Assembly: GCF_001194135.2 (NCBI RefSeq) | Contig: NC_069001.1 | Coordinates: 8,347,680-8,411,679, forward strand | DNA from: Octopus bimaculoides | Taxonomy: Eukaryota | Reading direction: 5' to 3' | Length of the DNA stretch: 64,000 nt | Part shown: positions 26,598 to 40,550 of the stretch, piece after piece | How positions within the stretch are numbered: position 1 is the stretch's first letter | Layout of the letters: each line of letters begins with the position of its first letter | The notes under the pieces: generated by a model | The model's input: the letters and a program-made list of their open reading frames with translations, nothing else | What the model was told of the DNA's origin: nothing | Database searches by the model: none | Program-made: the position numbers and the translations under genes

Positions 26598-29500
26598 AAG
26601 AGGAAGAAAAAGGAAAGATAGAAACAAAACTCATCCCATTCATAAAAGCATGGGTAAATTTGATATGAAATAACGGAGATAATGATGATAAAAATGATGT
26701 GGTGGTGATAATGGCAATGGTTGTGATGGTGACCATGGTCATGATGATGATGATAATGATTGTGATGATGATAATAATGGTGGTCTTGATGATAGTTGTG
26801 GTGGCTGTAATTATGATTATGTTGATGATGGTCATGATGGTCATGATGATGGTGCTTCCCATGATTCAGAAATGATTAGTCAGCAATTATATAAACTGGT
26901 TTACTTCACTACATCATCATGTCAACAGAAATAATGTTAATACCAACTTCCCACGCAGACAGTATCCCAATGCATACATAATTCATTCAGAAACAATCAA
27001 GACATGAGTCAGTGAATGAGCACCGATATGGTCACTGGACCTACTAGAAATAGCAGCCAAATCCCCCTCATATCTCATCCTACTATTTTTCAAGAAAAGT
27101 TAAGTTGGATAATGTGTCCTAAAAAAACAATGATCATGGCTGGAATGGCCTTTGATCATGTGCCTGCTCAATCAGGGCTCACCTGGGGTTATCACAACGC
27201 ATATATACTACAAAACACACATAATCATTACATGATGGATCCCTTATTAGTTACAGGTGTGAACATTTAGCTGTTCAATCAACTGGCTTATCTATTTATG
27301 AAATGAGTGTGCAAATGGATGAGTATTCCTAAGACACATGTGTCCACAATATAATTCTCAATTTACATTAGCATCACGCAATATTTGACATGGATGGACT
27401 TTTGTATTACAGATAAAGTTCATTCAATTGTCTTCGATATAGTCTCTGTATACACAGTTTCCCTCACAAGGCTTGGACCAGCCTGAGGCAATGATGTACT
27501 CTTGAGTATATGAAGTCACTACTGATATGTATGTATTTTTTCATCAGTGACCATTATCATTGTCTTGCAGCCCCCTAATATTTCCCTGAAGGATTATGGC
27601 CGTTTACAGAAAGATGGTGATTTGAAAGTGAGATGTCATTCTGATAACCGAGCACGACCAAGGTAAGTAACTAAAGAACTTCTCTTCCCATTTAAAAGAA
27701 TCTTTTGAATGGTTCTGCTGGAACGGGGTTGTTTGCAAATGTTGTGTAGCCCCAGATCATTCTTGATCAGGCAAACCCATGTTCACTGTTCCAACTCTGA
27801 CCATTTTCTCTTTCATTAAGAACATGGTGCATCTAGGATTATATTATGCATTGTATCCCATCCTGGTTATTGTTATTTAGCTTCAGGATAGTTCATTTCA
27901 TGTGGAGGCGCAATGGCCCAGTGGTTAGGGCAGCGGACTCGTGATTGTAGGATCGCGGTTTCGATTCCCAGACCGGGCGTTGTGAGTGTTTATTGAGCGA
28001 AAACACCTATGAGATCTTGAAATCTTGAAGCTATGAGATAATGCAGGATTAATTCAAAACGATGTGAATGAATTAACATTATATTTGACTTAGTAATCTG
28101 AATGCTAATGTGTTAATTTTTATTTCTAATCCCTTTGAGACGATATTTTCTGAGCAAGATTTAAATTTTAGTAAAATGTTTTTTTTTTCCTTCATTTCCT
28201 TTCTAGATATATTTTTCTTTTTGACAAAGTGATGCTTATGTGTAAATCACGGGTAAGTGAATTATTCTAAAATCTTTTATTCTTTTTATTCTACATACAT
28301 GTACGTAGTAAAAAAATACAAAAAATATGTTTTAGATATATTATAGCACTGTTCTCCGATTTCTCATTTGCTGCCGATATTGAACATTCTTGCTGAAGTT
28401 TATGTATTATTTTTCTTAATTTATGATATTTCTCATTACTAGATATTGTATGTGCGCCAATTTGAGAGAGAAAAGGCTTCATAGTGAGATGCAAACTGTG
28501 TATATATCACTTGATGAGTAACCATGTTGCCAATTACAATACAGAACACCTCTCTATTTATGTCTCTGTCTCTCCCTTTCTCTATCTACTCAGTTCCCAT
28601 CCACACTTTTCTCTCATGACATCCTCTTCTTTTTGCCTATCTCCCTCATATGTTATTTATGTTCACTTCTATTAAGTAACCTCCTTCACTTATTATTGCC
28701 ATGATTATCTTTGTTTGCATTTGTTGTTTTATGATACATTCTTTTCTACAGAAATGCGTTGAAACAATAGAACCATTGTCAGCAATTACATTGTTAAAAT
28801 AAACCTCTCTCTCTTTCTCCCCACACCCATCTCTCCATCCATATAAATATCCACTTATAATTACTGAAAAGCGATAGATGCAAGCTTCAAGTCCTCCCAG
28901 TGGGCAAGTTGTCTTGTTTTCTGTCACAAATTGTTATGTTTCACAAAATTAAAATCTTCGTATTTATTAATGTTATTAAACAATATTGGAAAACGTTTTG
29001 GTTTTAATGCAGAAGAAAATGTCCTTCAAGTGGCAGGAATTTAGTTTGAGCTTGAGGAATTATTCCAAGATGTCTAGAAGTTTCTAATTAATTTTTGATT
29101 TTAATACATCAAGTTTTCTCTCATTCATTTATTTAACTTTTTTTACATTATTTTTTTGTTAACTATCAGTTCATCAGTGTTCATCCATTCAGTTTTCAAG
29201 ACATGTCTACATGTTCAAAAGTTCACCTATCCTTCTGCAACAACCTTGTCTTTTTCACTACTGTTTCTCCATCACCTTCTTTTTTTAGATTGAGATTAAT
29301 CTATTTGAAGATGTCATGTCTCAGTTCATTTCAGTATAATTCCCTTCAGTTCAGCCAAGCTCACTTCACTTGCTTGAGCTCAATCCTCTACAGTTCAGTT
29401 GAGCTATGCCCAAATCAATACAGTTAACTCAAGCTCCAATCCACTACAGTTTAGTTGGGCTCAGTTCAATACAGTTCCATTGAATTTGGTTCAGTACAAG

Positions 29501-30296
29501 TAATTTTATTCAATTCTCTTTGATACACTGTGATTTAGTTCTCTTTGATATTGTCATTGTAGTCTTCACAAATGCAGTAGACTGTCATTTTTAAACAAAG
29601 TTGTAATAATTTTTGATTCATTTCAGAGTGGTAAAACAGATATTATTACATGTGATACTATTCACCTCTCTCTCAAATTATAATAGAATAGCACATGATA
29701 ATACACATATAGTGGGACGATAGTATGTATAATGATACAAAATTACATTAATAATGTGATAATATATATATATAACAATGTATGGTAAATACACTTACTA
29801 TACAAACACCTTATATAATGATATAAATCCTTTTAATAACTGGTAACAACATCTAATATTATTTACAGAATACTTTAACAATATATTAATATACGTATAA
29901 TAACAATACATAATAATAATAAATCATAATACAAAATGTGACCTATAAGCAGCTATTCTTTGTAAGGACATGCATCAAATTTAGCATAATCACGTATGTT
30001 TTTTGTAATCTCTTCAACATAAGCCATATATTCTAATTATTGAAATAGATGGATGATATTAAAATAAAATTAAAGCGTTGTTACTTTTCTTGAAGGCCGT
30101 TTTTGTATTTTTAGATAGATCTGGAAATGGCACCCTAGGTGTGTATGGGTACTGCAAGTATTCTAGGTCTGCTCAATTTTTTTTACATTTCTAGTCTTCT
30201 TCTCATATTCTTAGATGCATTTAGTTAGAAATTTCTTTCCCTGTAGAATGTAGCTAGCATTAGTATGGTTAGATGTGTGTATACTTACATAAATCT

Positions 30297-30335
<39 letters not shown>

Positions 30336-30525
30336 AAATTCTAATATTTGTCATATAAAGCTAACAAGATTATATGTATCCAAACTAAGGTTTCATTCAA
30401 TCAGTTGTTTGGTCAGTTGGACACATCAGTGGATTAAGAAGATAAAGATAATGGATATTATGTAATCCTGTTTATATTTTTTATCTTATATATGGCATTG
30501 TGTGTGTGTGTATAATATATATATG

Positions 30526-30561
<36 letters not shown>

Positions 30562-30705
30562 CATGCACACATACCCATCTGCATACACACAAATCTATAT
30601 ATCATTTCTGCCACAATCATAGCAACTCAGTAATCAAATTTTCACTCCTTCCTTCATGTGATAAATGTGGTAGATAATGATGATACACATACACACACAC
30701 ACACG

Positions 30706-30756
<51 letters not shown>

Positions 30757-33556
30757 ACACACACACGCACATATATACACACTTTGACTTCCATTTTGTT
30801 AGTTTACTAAGATGTGTTGTCAGCCAATTGTTCTGTTGGTCTGCCCACAAAGATGCACCTCATCAATATGATGTCTGTAGTCGCCACAGAGGATGTGTTC
30901 AATAAAGCCTTGACTATTGTTCATTGCACAAAACCTCCCTCTTGTCTACTGAATCACAGTAGTGCCACTAAAAGAGCAGCCATTTGCACTCAGCTACACA
31001 TAGTAGCAATTCTAGTCAATGTTCTCACTTCAGTTCATATGTACTGTAAACACACATCTTTTTATCCTAGTTTTTCATACATATGCATATTTGTAGTATT
31101 GTTATTGATAATAGTAATAATAATAATAAAAATAATGATGATAATAATAATAGGTATTAAAGTATTTTATTGTACATCTATGATCTTGTCATTGACAATT
31201 CTACTTTACTGAGTGTCTACATGTATATGTGTGTATGTGTATGTAATTATATATATATGTGCATATATACATATATGTATCATCATCCTCATAATTTTAT
31301 GTCCACTTTCTATGCCAGCATGGGTTGGGTGGGTTACTATGATTTAAGTCACACATATTCAGGGTTGCTACACATGTAGACAGGCCAGAGGATCACATCT
31401 TTCATGAGTATGATTATTTAAAAAAAAAGTACTGGTTTGAATTATTCAACCATAACTCTTCAAGGTGGTACTACAACATCGTCATAGTTTAATGACGAAA
31501 ACAAGTAAAGGATGAAAAAAAAAATCTGCAAAAAAAAAAAAAGAACTTTCTTGTGCTTCATTATTGCAAGACATGATGGCCCTATGGCCCATTGTCAAAT
31601 CTGACTTTTTGATAATGCTTGAGGTCAGTTACTGTAGTTATTTGACCCCAAGTTTGTTCTGATTGAGTAGAAAGTCTAGATGGTTATATGATTGGAATAC
31701 TTTTGATTGTAGATCTGTTTTATCAAGGAAGACTGAGGAGGCTAGACAACATTTATAGTTTTCTGTGACGTAATATATGAGTCCTTACAGGAAATATCTA
31801 TTGTTTTATCAACATGCATCAAAAGTATATTAAAGAACATGATCACCCTTACTTTAAAAATATAACTTCCCAGTTAACTATGGCTTCTCATTCTAGGACT
31901 ACCTGCACCCTCAAATGTAAATATGTGATGTAAATATATGAATTTACACTGTAAAGATGAGGTGTAGATATAAATATTGTAAATACACACTGTAAAAATG
32001 AGATGTGGATATATAAAGATTGTAAATATACGTTGTTAAAATATGCAGATATACAAATATTCTAAATATATGCTGTTGAAAGACATGTAGATATAAGTAT
32101 TGTCAATATGCACAATAAAAATGAAATGTGGATATAAGTATTGTAAATATACACTATATGAATGAGGTGTAAATATAGTAAATGTACATCAAATGATAAA
32201 CTGTCAGTATAAGTATTGTAAATATATACACTAAAGATGAGGTGTGGATATATAAATATTGTAGATATATCTTCTAAGGATGTGAATATGCTTACAAAAG
32301 GTGAGACATAAATGTTGTAAATAAACACTGTAAAGATTAAGTTTAGATATATTGTATATATGCAATCTAAAAATTAGGTTAGTAGTGTGGATAATTATAA
32401 TCTTATTTACAGGAAATGGTAATCTTTCTTGTATTAGAATTAATGCTAAAAGGAAAATTAATAATTAGAGAAAGAAAGAAATGAAAAAATACCAAACTAT
32501 TCAAGTCTTGATTTCTAATCTGCAAAGAACCTCTTGAGAGCTGGTCATTATCTCCAGTTTATGGCATCAATGAGAATTATAAATCTCTCCAGGATTAGCT
32601 GTCAGTCTCTTACTAGCAACATTCTCTGATGTTCCAATATCTATTCCATTCTAACAGCTAGATGAACAGAGGCTGTGTAGAATAAAGTACTCTACCAGAA
32701 ACACAAGGAAATACCTGCATTTGATTTAAGTTCTTTCTTTATGTTGAGGTAATTCAATATCTATTCCATTTGGCTCACATTATTTTAGCTTGTACTAAGA
32801 AGAAATGCTAAGAAAATCTTTTTAAATGAATTTGGGTAAATTTATTACCAAATTCTGATTGGTAATAAATTCTGATGAAATGTTTGAAACATCTGTTGAA
32901 ATATATTTTGAAGATCACCTGAATATTTTAAGCAAATAATGTGGTTGATTGCTTGATCTGCTAGAAATATCAGCCAAATCCCTCTCACATTTCCCATACC
33001 ATCTTGAAAAAGGAAGGATATATTGTCTATCAGTTCTCTACCCTTAATGTATGAGAGAAAGCCAGGGTAGTCATAGCTGAGGTGCTTTTTATCATGGTCC
33101 TGCTTTGTCTGAGCTTACCAGAGACAGACTAAACAACAACATACACAATCATCAAATATTTTCCTCTCAACATTGAACAGCAGTAATCCTTGGATAGTTA
33201 AGAAATTTCACTTCATTAGTTCCATATTTTGATCTCAATTGAGCTGGAAGTGAAGTTTATCCTCTGTTGTTTCAATCTTAAATTGGTCATTGTGTCTATT
33301 TGTCTGTTTATTCCTTTATCTACCTTTCTATCTAAAAGTTAGTTGTTTCTCTACATAGATCTGCCTATTTCTCTATATCTCTATTTTGAACTAGGTGTTT
33401 GTAGTTATACCCATGTATCTTGCTAGCTATATTTCTGTTTGTTTATGTCTATTTGCCTTTATATTTATATTTCTGGTTCTGTATCTGTATCTCTATTAAG
33501 CAAATATAACCTAGTTATCATCACCAGACACACATGCATGTGCATGTGTGTGTATA

Positions 33557-33602
<46 letters not shown>

Positions 33603-33847
33603 AAACCATTAAAATATTTTCTGTNNNNNNNNNNATATAGCCTAGTTCCTTTTCTTGAGTTTTGCCTCACCAGCTGGGCCAATAATTTATGCTGAAATGA
33701 TATTATTAATATAGAATCTCTCTCTCTTTCTCTCTCTGGCTTCAGTCCTTCTTCCTTTCCTTTATGTAACAAATTTTGTCCCTACTTAGCTGTTTTAAGG
33801 ATCTTTATAATGTAGCTCTTACATTCACTGTACTTTCACACTTTGGC

Positions 33848-33891
<44 letters not shown>

Positions 33892-36625
33892 AAACCATTA
33901 AAATATTTTCTGTACAATAGAAATATCACCAATTTATTGCACATAGATTTTAACAATGAAATCTATGTGGACCTCCAATCTGGGCTTATATGGACCCTGG
34001 TTGAGAACCTCTGTTGTATATCCTAGTTCTTATATATGCTATTTCTTTATATATATCCTAGTTCTGACCACTCATATAGCACTTTTGATGCTATATAATT
34101 TAGTATTTTCTCATATTTGTTTGTAAACTTATTGAGCTTTTTGTTTCCTGTTGATTCTAAAAATGTTAAAACTATTTACCCTGGTAGTTGTCCCTCAAAG
34201 CAATAAGATTATATATGCTTGTAATTGTTATCCACTAAATCCATTTTAAGACTATGATATATCCTGTTAACTCTTACTCACTATAGCAATGTTAAGACTG
34301 TACACCCTACTAATTGATGCCCATTAAAGCAATGTCAATATTTATTTGCCTTAGTTCGTATTGACCCAATATTATTTATTTTAGTTGTTGTCCCAAGACT
34401 GTATACCCAAGTTGTAACCCCATTAGCTAATGAATTTGATATTATTTAGCTAAATCAAAGAATCTCTAAGTAATTTATTGCACTCCTCCCTAACTCAACA
34501 ATTATTCTTTGGGTTGGGGTGCATTTCCCTTTGTTTCTGGTGCAAATAGTATTTATTTTGAATGGTTGAATACTTTCATTCTTAGATGTGATAAACTGAT
34601 GCTTAGTATATCTCTACATCTTCAAAAGCACTATGCATACAAACTACAGTGCACTTGTATGTGTACACACTACACTCTCTCACAAGCATATTCATACACG
34701 CATCACTTATACACATATGCACATACATGTATGCACACATTGACCTATAAACATTTAAGCTGAACATCAACCATATCAATGTCAAAGTTTGTTGGTCTTA
34801 TCTCTCTTCTGACTAATATATTAAAGAGAACAAAAAAAATCATATTCTCTTTTTTATAATTAAATTCTTGTTTTCTCTCGCTCATTAAACAAAAATTTAA
34901 TTTTCTATTCTTTCCTTTTGTTTAAAACTATTCTTTGTTGTTTGACTTGGTTTCAAACACTAATTATGGAAAAAACAAAAAAACCCTCAAAAAAAAAAAA
35001 AAAAAAAAAAAAGAAAGCCAAGAAGGTGATTGATATTTTCTTCAGTCCATCCATTAAAAAGTTAGCAATGATGACAAAGATGACACTGATGCTGATAACA
35101 ATGGTTTGATATCTTCAGTTGCGAACATACGAGTAAGAAATGATACTGTTTAGTAAAACTGTATCTGAAAAATCTCGTGATGTAGAACTTCAAATTACCT
35201 CACCACCTCCAACACCACCACTGTGTGAGAGTGTATGTGTATGATTATATATATGTGTGTATGTATGAATATCCCACCACTATCTAAATATTATAATGAT
35301 ATTGTCTTCTCTGTCATTCTGTAAAATGTCAACTTTATAGCCATGTAATTTTATGTTCTGTATTTTACTTCACTTTAAAATATATTATACCACACATGTC
35401 TCCAAAGTATCATATTGACCAGAATTTTTATGGCTAAATACAAACTGTCTCCTTTATAACCTTGACTCTGCTGACCACTTGTTTGTGTGTTCTTGTAGCA
35501 ATGTAACCCTGGAGATTGAATGACCAGTTGAATGTGATCGTTGTTGCTTAACTCTGGCTCAGCCCAAATCCAGCAGATATATAATCAAAAGCAATCCAGC
35601 TGTGGTTATCCTGTCTTTTGAGGTGTATATCTAAGACCACACCTAATGTTTACTTCATTTTCTAAGGCAACAGAATATAATTTTAGAAGACTATTTCTAT
35701 CAGATGGAATGACCATATAAAGTTATCACATCAGCTGTGAGCATTTGAATGTGGTTGTGTATTAGAGTACTGGTCAGAAATGTTTTCTAGCTAAACTGTT
35801 TCTGAGGTTTTTGTTTCATGGGGGCTTCAGGAAGAGAGTAGGGGTCATGAAATATTCCTGTATTGACTGACTCCTAGTAACTGATGTTTCCTGTGCAACA
35901 ATGGTTATTTATCATAGGAATGCAAAAGTTCAGCTTCTCTAACTTGAAAGCTACCAACTCACTTCCCTATTTTGTCTCTAGTTTCTTCAGTTTGGTGTCC
36001 AAATCTCTTCACCTCATCTTTCATCTTGTGGATGGAACACAATTTGGGTAGATAAAATGGTGGCTGGATTCAAGCAAAGACTACCCTAAAACAGAAAAAA
36101 AAAAAATTGAACGGCATGTTTTCTTTTAAATTTTATTTATTTGTGTTGTTCATTTGTTTGTTTCTTTTCTTTTTTTCATGATGAATTTTGTTTTGTTTTA
36201 ATTTTGTCTTTTTTATATTTTCGCCTCCTGTTACACCAGATTGTGGATAAACTCTTTTGGGTAAGGCCAACTGAATGACCGATTCTCTGGATGTGTTTTC
36301 AATCAGCTGTCCCTTTCGATATGCTCCCCCATCCCCGTCCCTTAATCCACCACTCCCAATGTGTCGCCGCTGCCGTTGCCGCCCCGCTCCTGGTCCCTGG
36401 ACCAGTGCCCACTGACATGTCTCGCCATAACTTTTTTTTTTTTCAGACCCTTAATTCTTTTACCCCTCCATTCTGATACTAACACTACTACTACTACTAC
36501 TACTGCTGCTGCTACTATTACTACTATTACTACTACTACTATTGCTGCTGCTGTATTGACCACTATTACTACTACTACTACTACTACAGTGCCTGGATTT
36601 TGTGCACATTTTATTATCATTATTG

Positions 36626-36674
<49 letters not shown>

Positions 36675-38414
36675 GCTTGTTGGTGCTCACTAATGAGTGT
36701 GGTGTCCATGTAATTGCTACCTTCCTCCAATTATGCTGCTTGTTTTATTGTTTTAATTATTAAATTGTTTTAATTATCCTAACCGCCTCTTTCCTTTCTT
36801 CTCCACATATCTTATTACACAAGCATCTCTGTCTTTTGCTTTCTATCTCTCTCTCTCTCTCATCCCCTGTCAATCTCTCTCTCCCCCCACACACATGCAT
36901 ACACACATATAATGTCTTTTTCTATTCTGTGTGTACACACATACATGCATGCATTCACTTCTAAGACAACTAATATAAATGAGGAGACATATTATGTGTG
37001 TGTGTGTGTGTATGTATAGATTTATTGGAGTAAACAGGAAAATTAGAATGCCATGCAAACGAATATATTTTCTCTATTTAGCTGTAAAGTTACATAAGTA
37101 ACTCAAAGGGCAGTAGTTTCATGCATTGCCCATATAAACTAGTCTTAGAAGGGCAATGCAGACCTGGTGCTAAAGATCAACAAATGGTTGAATTTTCATG
37201 ACCAGGAAGATGACGAAAAAAAATACATGAACTATATACTAATCTTTGGAGAATGTGTAGAGATTTCAGTAAATTCTCCTGTAGAGTTTTGAAGGTTCTG
37301 TATAAAATGAGATCTCTGTACTTGACCCCAAATAGTTATAATCATAAATCCAACGTGATATGCTTGTAAGCGGAGCTATTCTTTAATTTATACACACCAA
37401 TATAGTCTCTCTCTCTCTCGTGCTATAAGAATTTAGAGAATTTGAGAACATGAAAGAATTCATTTTAGGAATTACTTTTTGGGGTTATTATTTATAACTT
37501 TACATGCGTTGAAATTCGTTATTCCAAAAAAGTAAATATGTTTATATATATGTCACATGATTGACCAGATTATCGGTTGACAACTGATGCTGGTGTGTTT
37601 ACGTCCCCATAACTTAGCGGTTCGGCAAAAGAGACCGATAGAATAAGTACTAGGCTTACAAAGAATAAGTCCTGGGGTCGATTTGCTCGACTAAAGGCGG
37701 TGCTCCTGCATGGCCACAGTCAAATGACTGAAACAAGTAAAAGAGTAAAAGAGTTAGAAGGAAAAAAAAGTATCATGAACATGATATTCGTTTAATGCTT
37801 GAGAAGTTGAAATGGAGTATTTTAAATGTTTTGGATAATAGATCTTTACAAAATGGTTACAATTATAAGTTATCGAATATTGCCTAAAATGTGGCACCCC
37901 AGCATAGATACAATCCATTGACTAAAACCAGTGAAAAAATAAAGGTTATAACACACACACATCATTATTCTTCAGTCATGGAAGCCCAAGACTAGGGCAA
38001 AACTCATTTTAGACTGTTAACTTTGGATATAATAAACATAACTATTCACTTGATACAGCAAATTGAAATCTTTATCAGAAGAGGTTTTGCATTATGTAAA
38101 ATAGATTTTAATGTACTTTAGTACTCTTACATTACAATACATAATATAAAGCAATGCGTGCGTGTGTGTATGTATGTATGTATGCACGCAGTAGTGCACT
38201 CACTAACATCATAGACCACACCCCAAAAAAAGCCATTTTACTAATTGGCAAAGACACACACACATCAACACAACAACCACTGCCATATAATCACGTGCTG
38301 TCTCTTCTCTCTATCTGCTCCTGGTATCACCACCACACATAACTATTTCTCTCTGCATAATTATATATATGAATATATATATATATATGATTTGTGTGTA
38401 TTTGTATATATATA

Positions 38415-38462
<48 letters not shown>

Positions 38463-38606
38463 CATATNNNNNNNNNNNNNNNNNNNNNNNNNNNNNNNNN
38501 NNNNNNNNNNNNNNNNNNNNNNNNNNNNNNNNNNNNNNNNNNNNNNNNNNNNNNNNNNNNNNNNNNNNNNNNNNNNNNNNNNNNNNNNNNNNNNNNNNNN
38601 NNNNNN

Positions 38607-38655
<49 letters not shown>

Positions 38656-39213
38656 TTGCATATATTACATATATATGTGTGCACGTGTGTGTTCCTACAC
38701 ACTCTTTTGTCTCATTCATTCTCTCTTGCTCACTTCACATGTAACTTCTCTCTCTCTCTCTTTCTATCCTCTCCTCCTCCACCTCCTCCTCCTCATCTAT
38801 CTGATGTAAAGTCTGCACTGAAAAAGTGTATGACTGGAGGTTGGTGGGCGGGGCTACCCTGCTTTACTATTACTGCTGCTACTATTCGTGTTGTTGTCCC
38901 TTGAACATCCCAGGCATGTCAAAATCCACTCCACCCCATGCTAGTTATTTCACCTTCCCTCCACCCTCATTATATTCCTTGTTTTGTTGTTGCTGTTGTT
39001 GTTATTATTGTTTGTTTATTTTGTATTGCTTTGCCTATATTGATCACTCACACCCTGCAAACATTTTGCCTGTCCTAGTACACCCATGCACCCTGCCACA
39101 CTTAGCCACACAAAAGCACACACATCTTGATGTAAGTGCACATTCTACTTGCACATGTATACATGCGGGATACACACTCAAACTTTCTGAACCTTTCTCC
39201 TTTCCATCCTTTG

Positions 39214-39250
<37 letters not shown>

Positions 39251-39430
39251 AACACTGGTTCATGTCAATATTTTGTATGTCACAAAAAAAAAAAAAAAAT
39301 CTCATAGATGAAATGACAGTTTGCAGCCATAGCCAACCAACATGTGGGTAGCAGATCAATGAGCTTGATATACTTCTGGAATCCAAACAGAATTGTTCCA
39401 AATGTAGCTGTATTGAACTCATTACATATT

Positions 39431-39466
<36 letters not shown>

Positions 39467-39729
39467 AGAGAGAGAGAGAGAGAGAGAGAAAGGAATTTAG
39501 GATATAAGTAGATGTCTACCAAGGCTCAGTTCTGAAATCCCTCTTATTCCAAAACAGAGGAGTTTAGGACCAGTTGCCCATGGAGACTACGATGTACTGA
39601 TGACGTGGTCCTGCAGAATAGACATCATTTGTAGAAGATTTGCTCTACCAATTTGTGCAATTTGAATGACTTAAGTCAGTTTATGGTTGCTCTTGCTTTG
39701 ATTTTGGGACAACCCTTCTATATGTATGG

Positions 39730-39773
<44 letters not shown>

Positions 39774-40097
39774 ATTTCCACACACATGTATGCTGAGGTT
39801 TCAATATAGTCACAGGATGAATGTAATCATATATGTGGTAGGAACATCAAACATTCTGTGAACCACACAAAGCCACGAGTTACTTTTAGTGGAGTTCACT
39901 TGGGCAATGGGCATTTAGAGCATTATGTCTTCTCTCCCTTGCCCCTCCGCAGACATTTGTCTGCGAACTTTCTGGTTGGTCAACAGCCACACCAGTATCA
40001 CCAATCAGCGAAGGAGACAGGCCTACGAAAGTCAAGAAAACTGCCATCCTCTCTGTTGACTGAATCTCTCTCCCTCTCTTGCACTCACACATGCACG

Positions 40098-40132
<35 letters not shown>

Positions 40133-40518
40133 ACACACACACTCACATACATACACACATATGCAGACTTTCGTAGACTCACACCAGGAACAAAAGGAAA
40201 ATGTGAATAAAGGAAAACATTTCATTTACATTATGTCTTGTTGGTTAGTTGCTACTGCTGTTGTTTTTTGGGTTATTGATTATTGTTGTTGTTGTTGGTT
40301 GATGGTAGGTGTTGTTTTTGTTGTTGTTGTCAGTATATTACAACCAAAGGTCTGCTTCTAACCCTTTTATCTTATATATATATATATATATATNNNNNNN
40401 NNNNNNNNNNNNNNNNNNNNNNNNNNNNNNNNNNNNNNNNNNNNNNNNNNNNNNNNNNNNNNNNNNNNNNNNNNNNNNNNNNNNNNNNNNNNNNNNNNNN
40501 NNNNNNNNNNNNNNNTAT

Positions 40519-40550
<32 letters not shown>

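Noticed and set aside
27903-27975. tRNA gene-like sequence with box A and box B
   Set aside because: It continues into a SINE body also found at 44150-44534, and I could not close a proper cloverleaf, so it is treated as a SINE head.
31945-32350. Regularly spaced repeats as a CRISPR-like array
   Set aside because: Eukaryotic intron; units are degenerate and contiguous with no unique spacers, so it is a minisatellite.
33560-33913. Direct duplication of (TG)n(TA)n-gtaaaaccattaaaatattttctgt on both sides of a gap
   Set aside because: One copy ends exactly at an N gap; most likely an assembly artefact.
37082-37097. AG/GT-bounded 16-nt segment
   Set aside because: In-frame TAA in phase 0 and weak donor.
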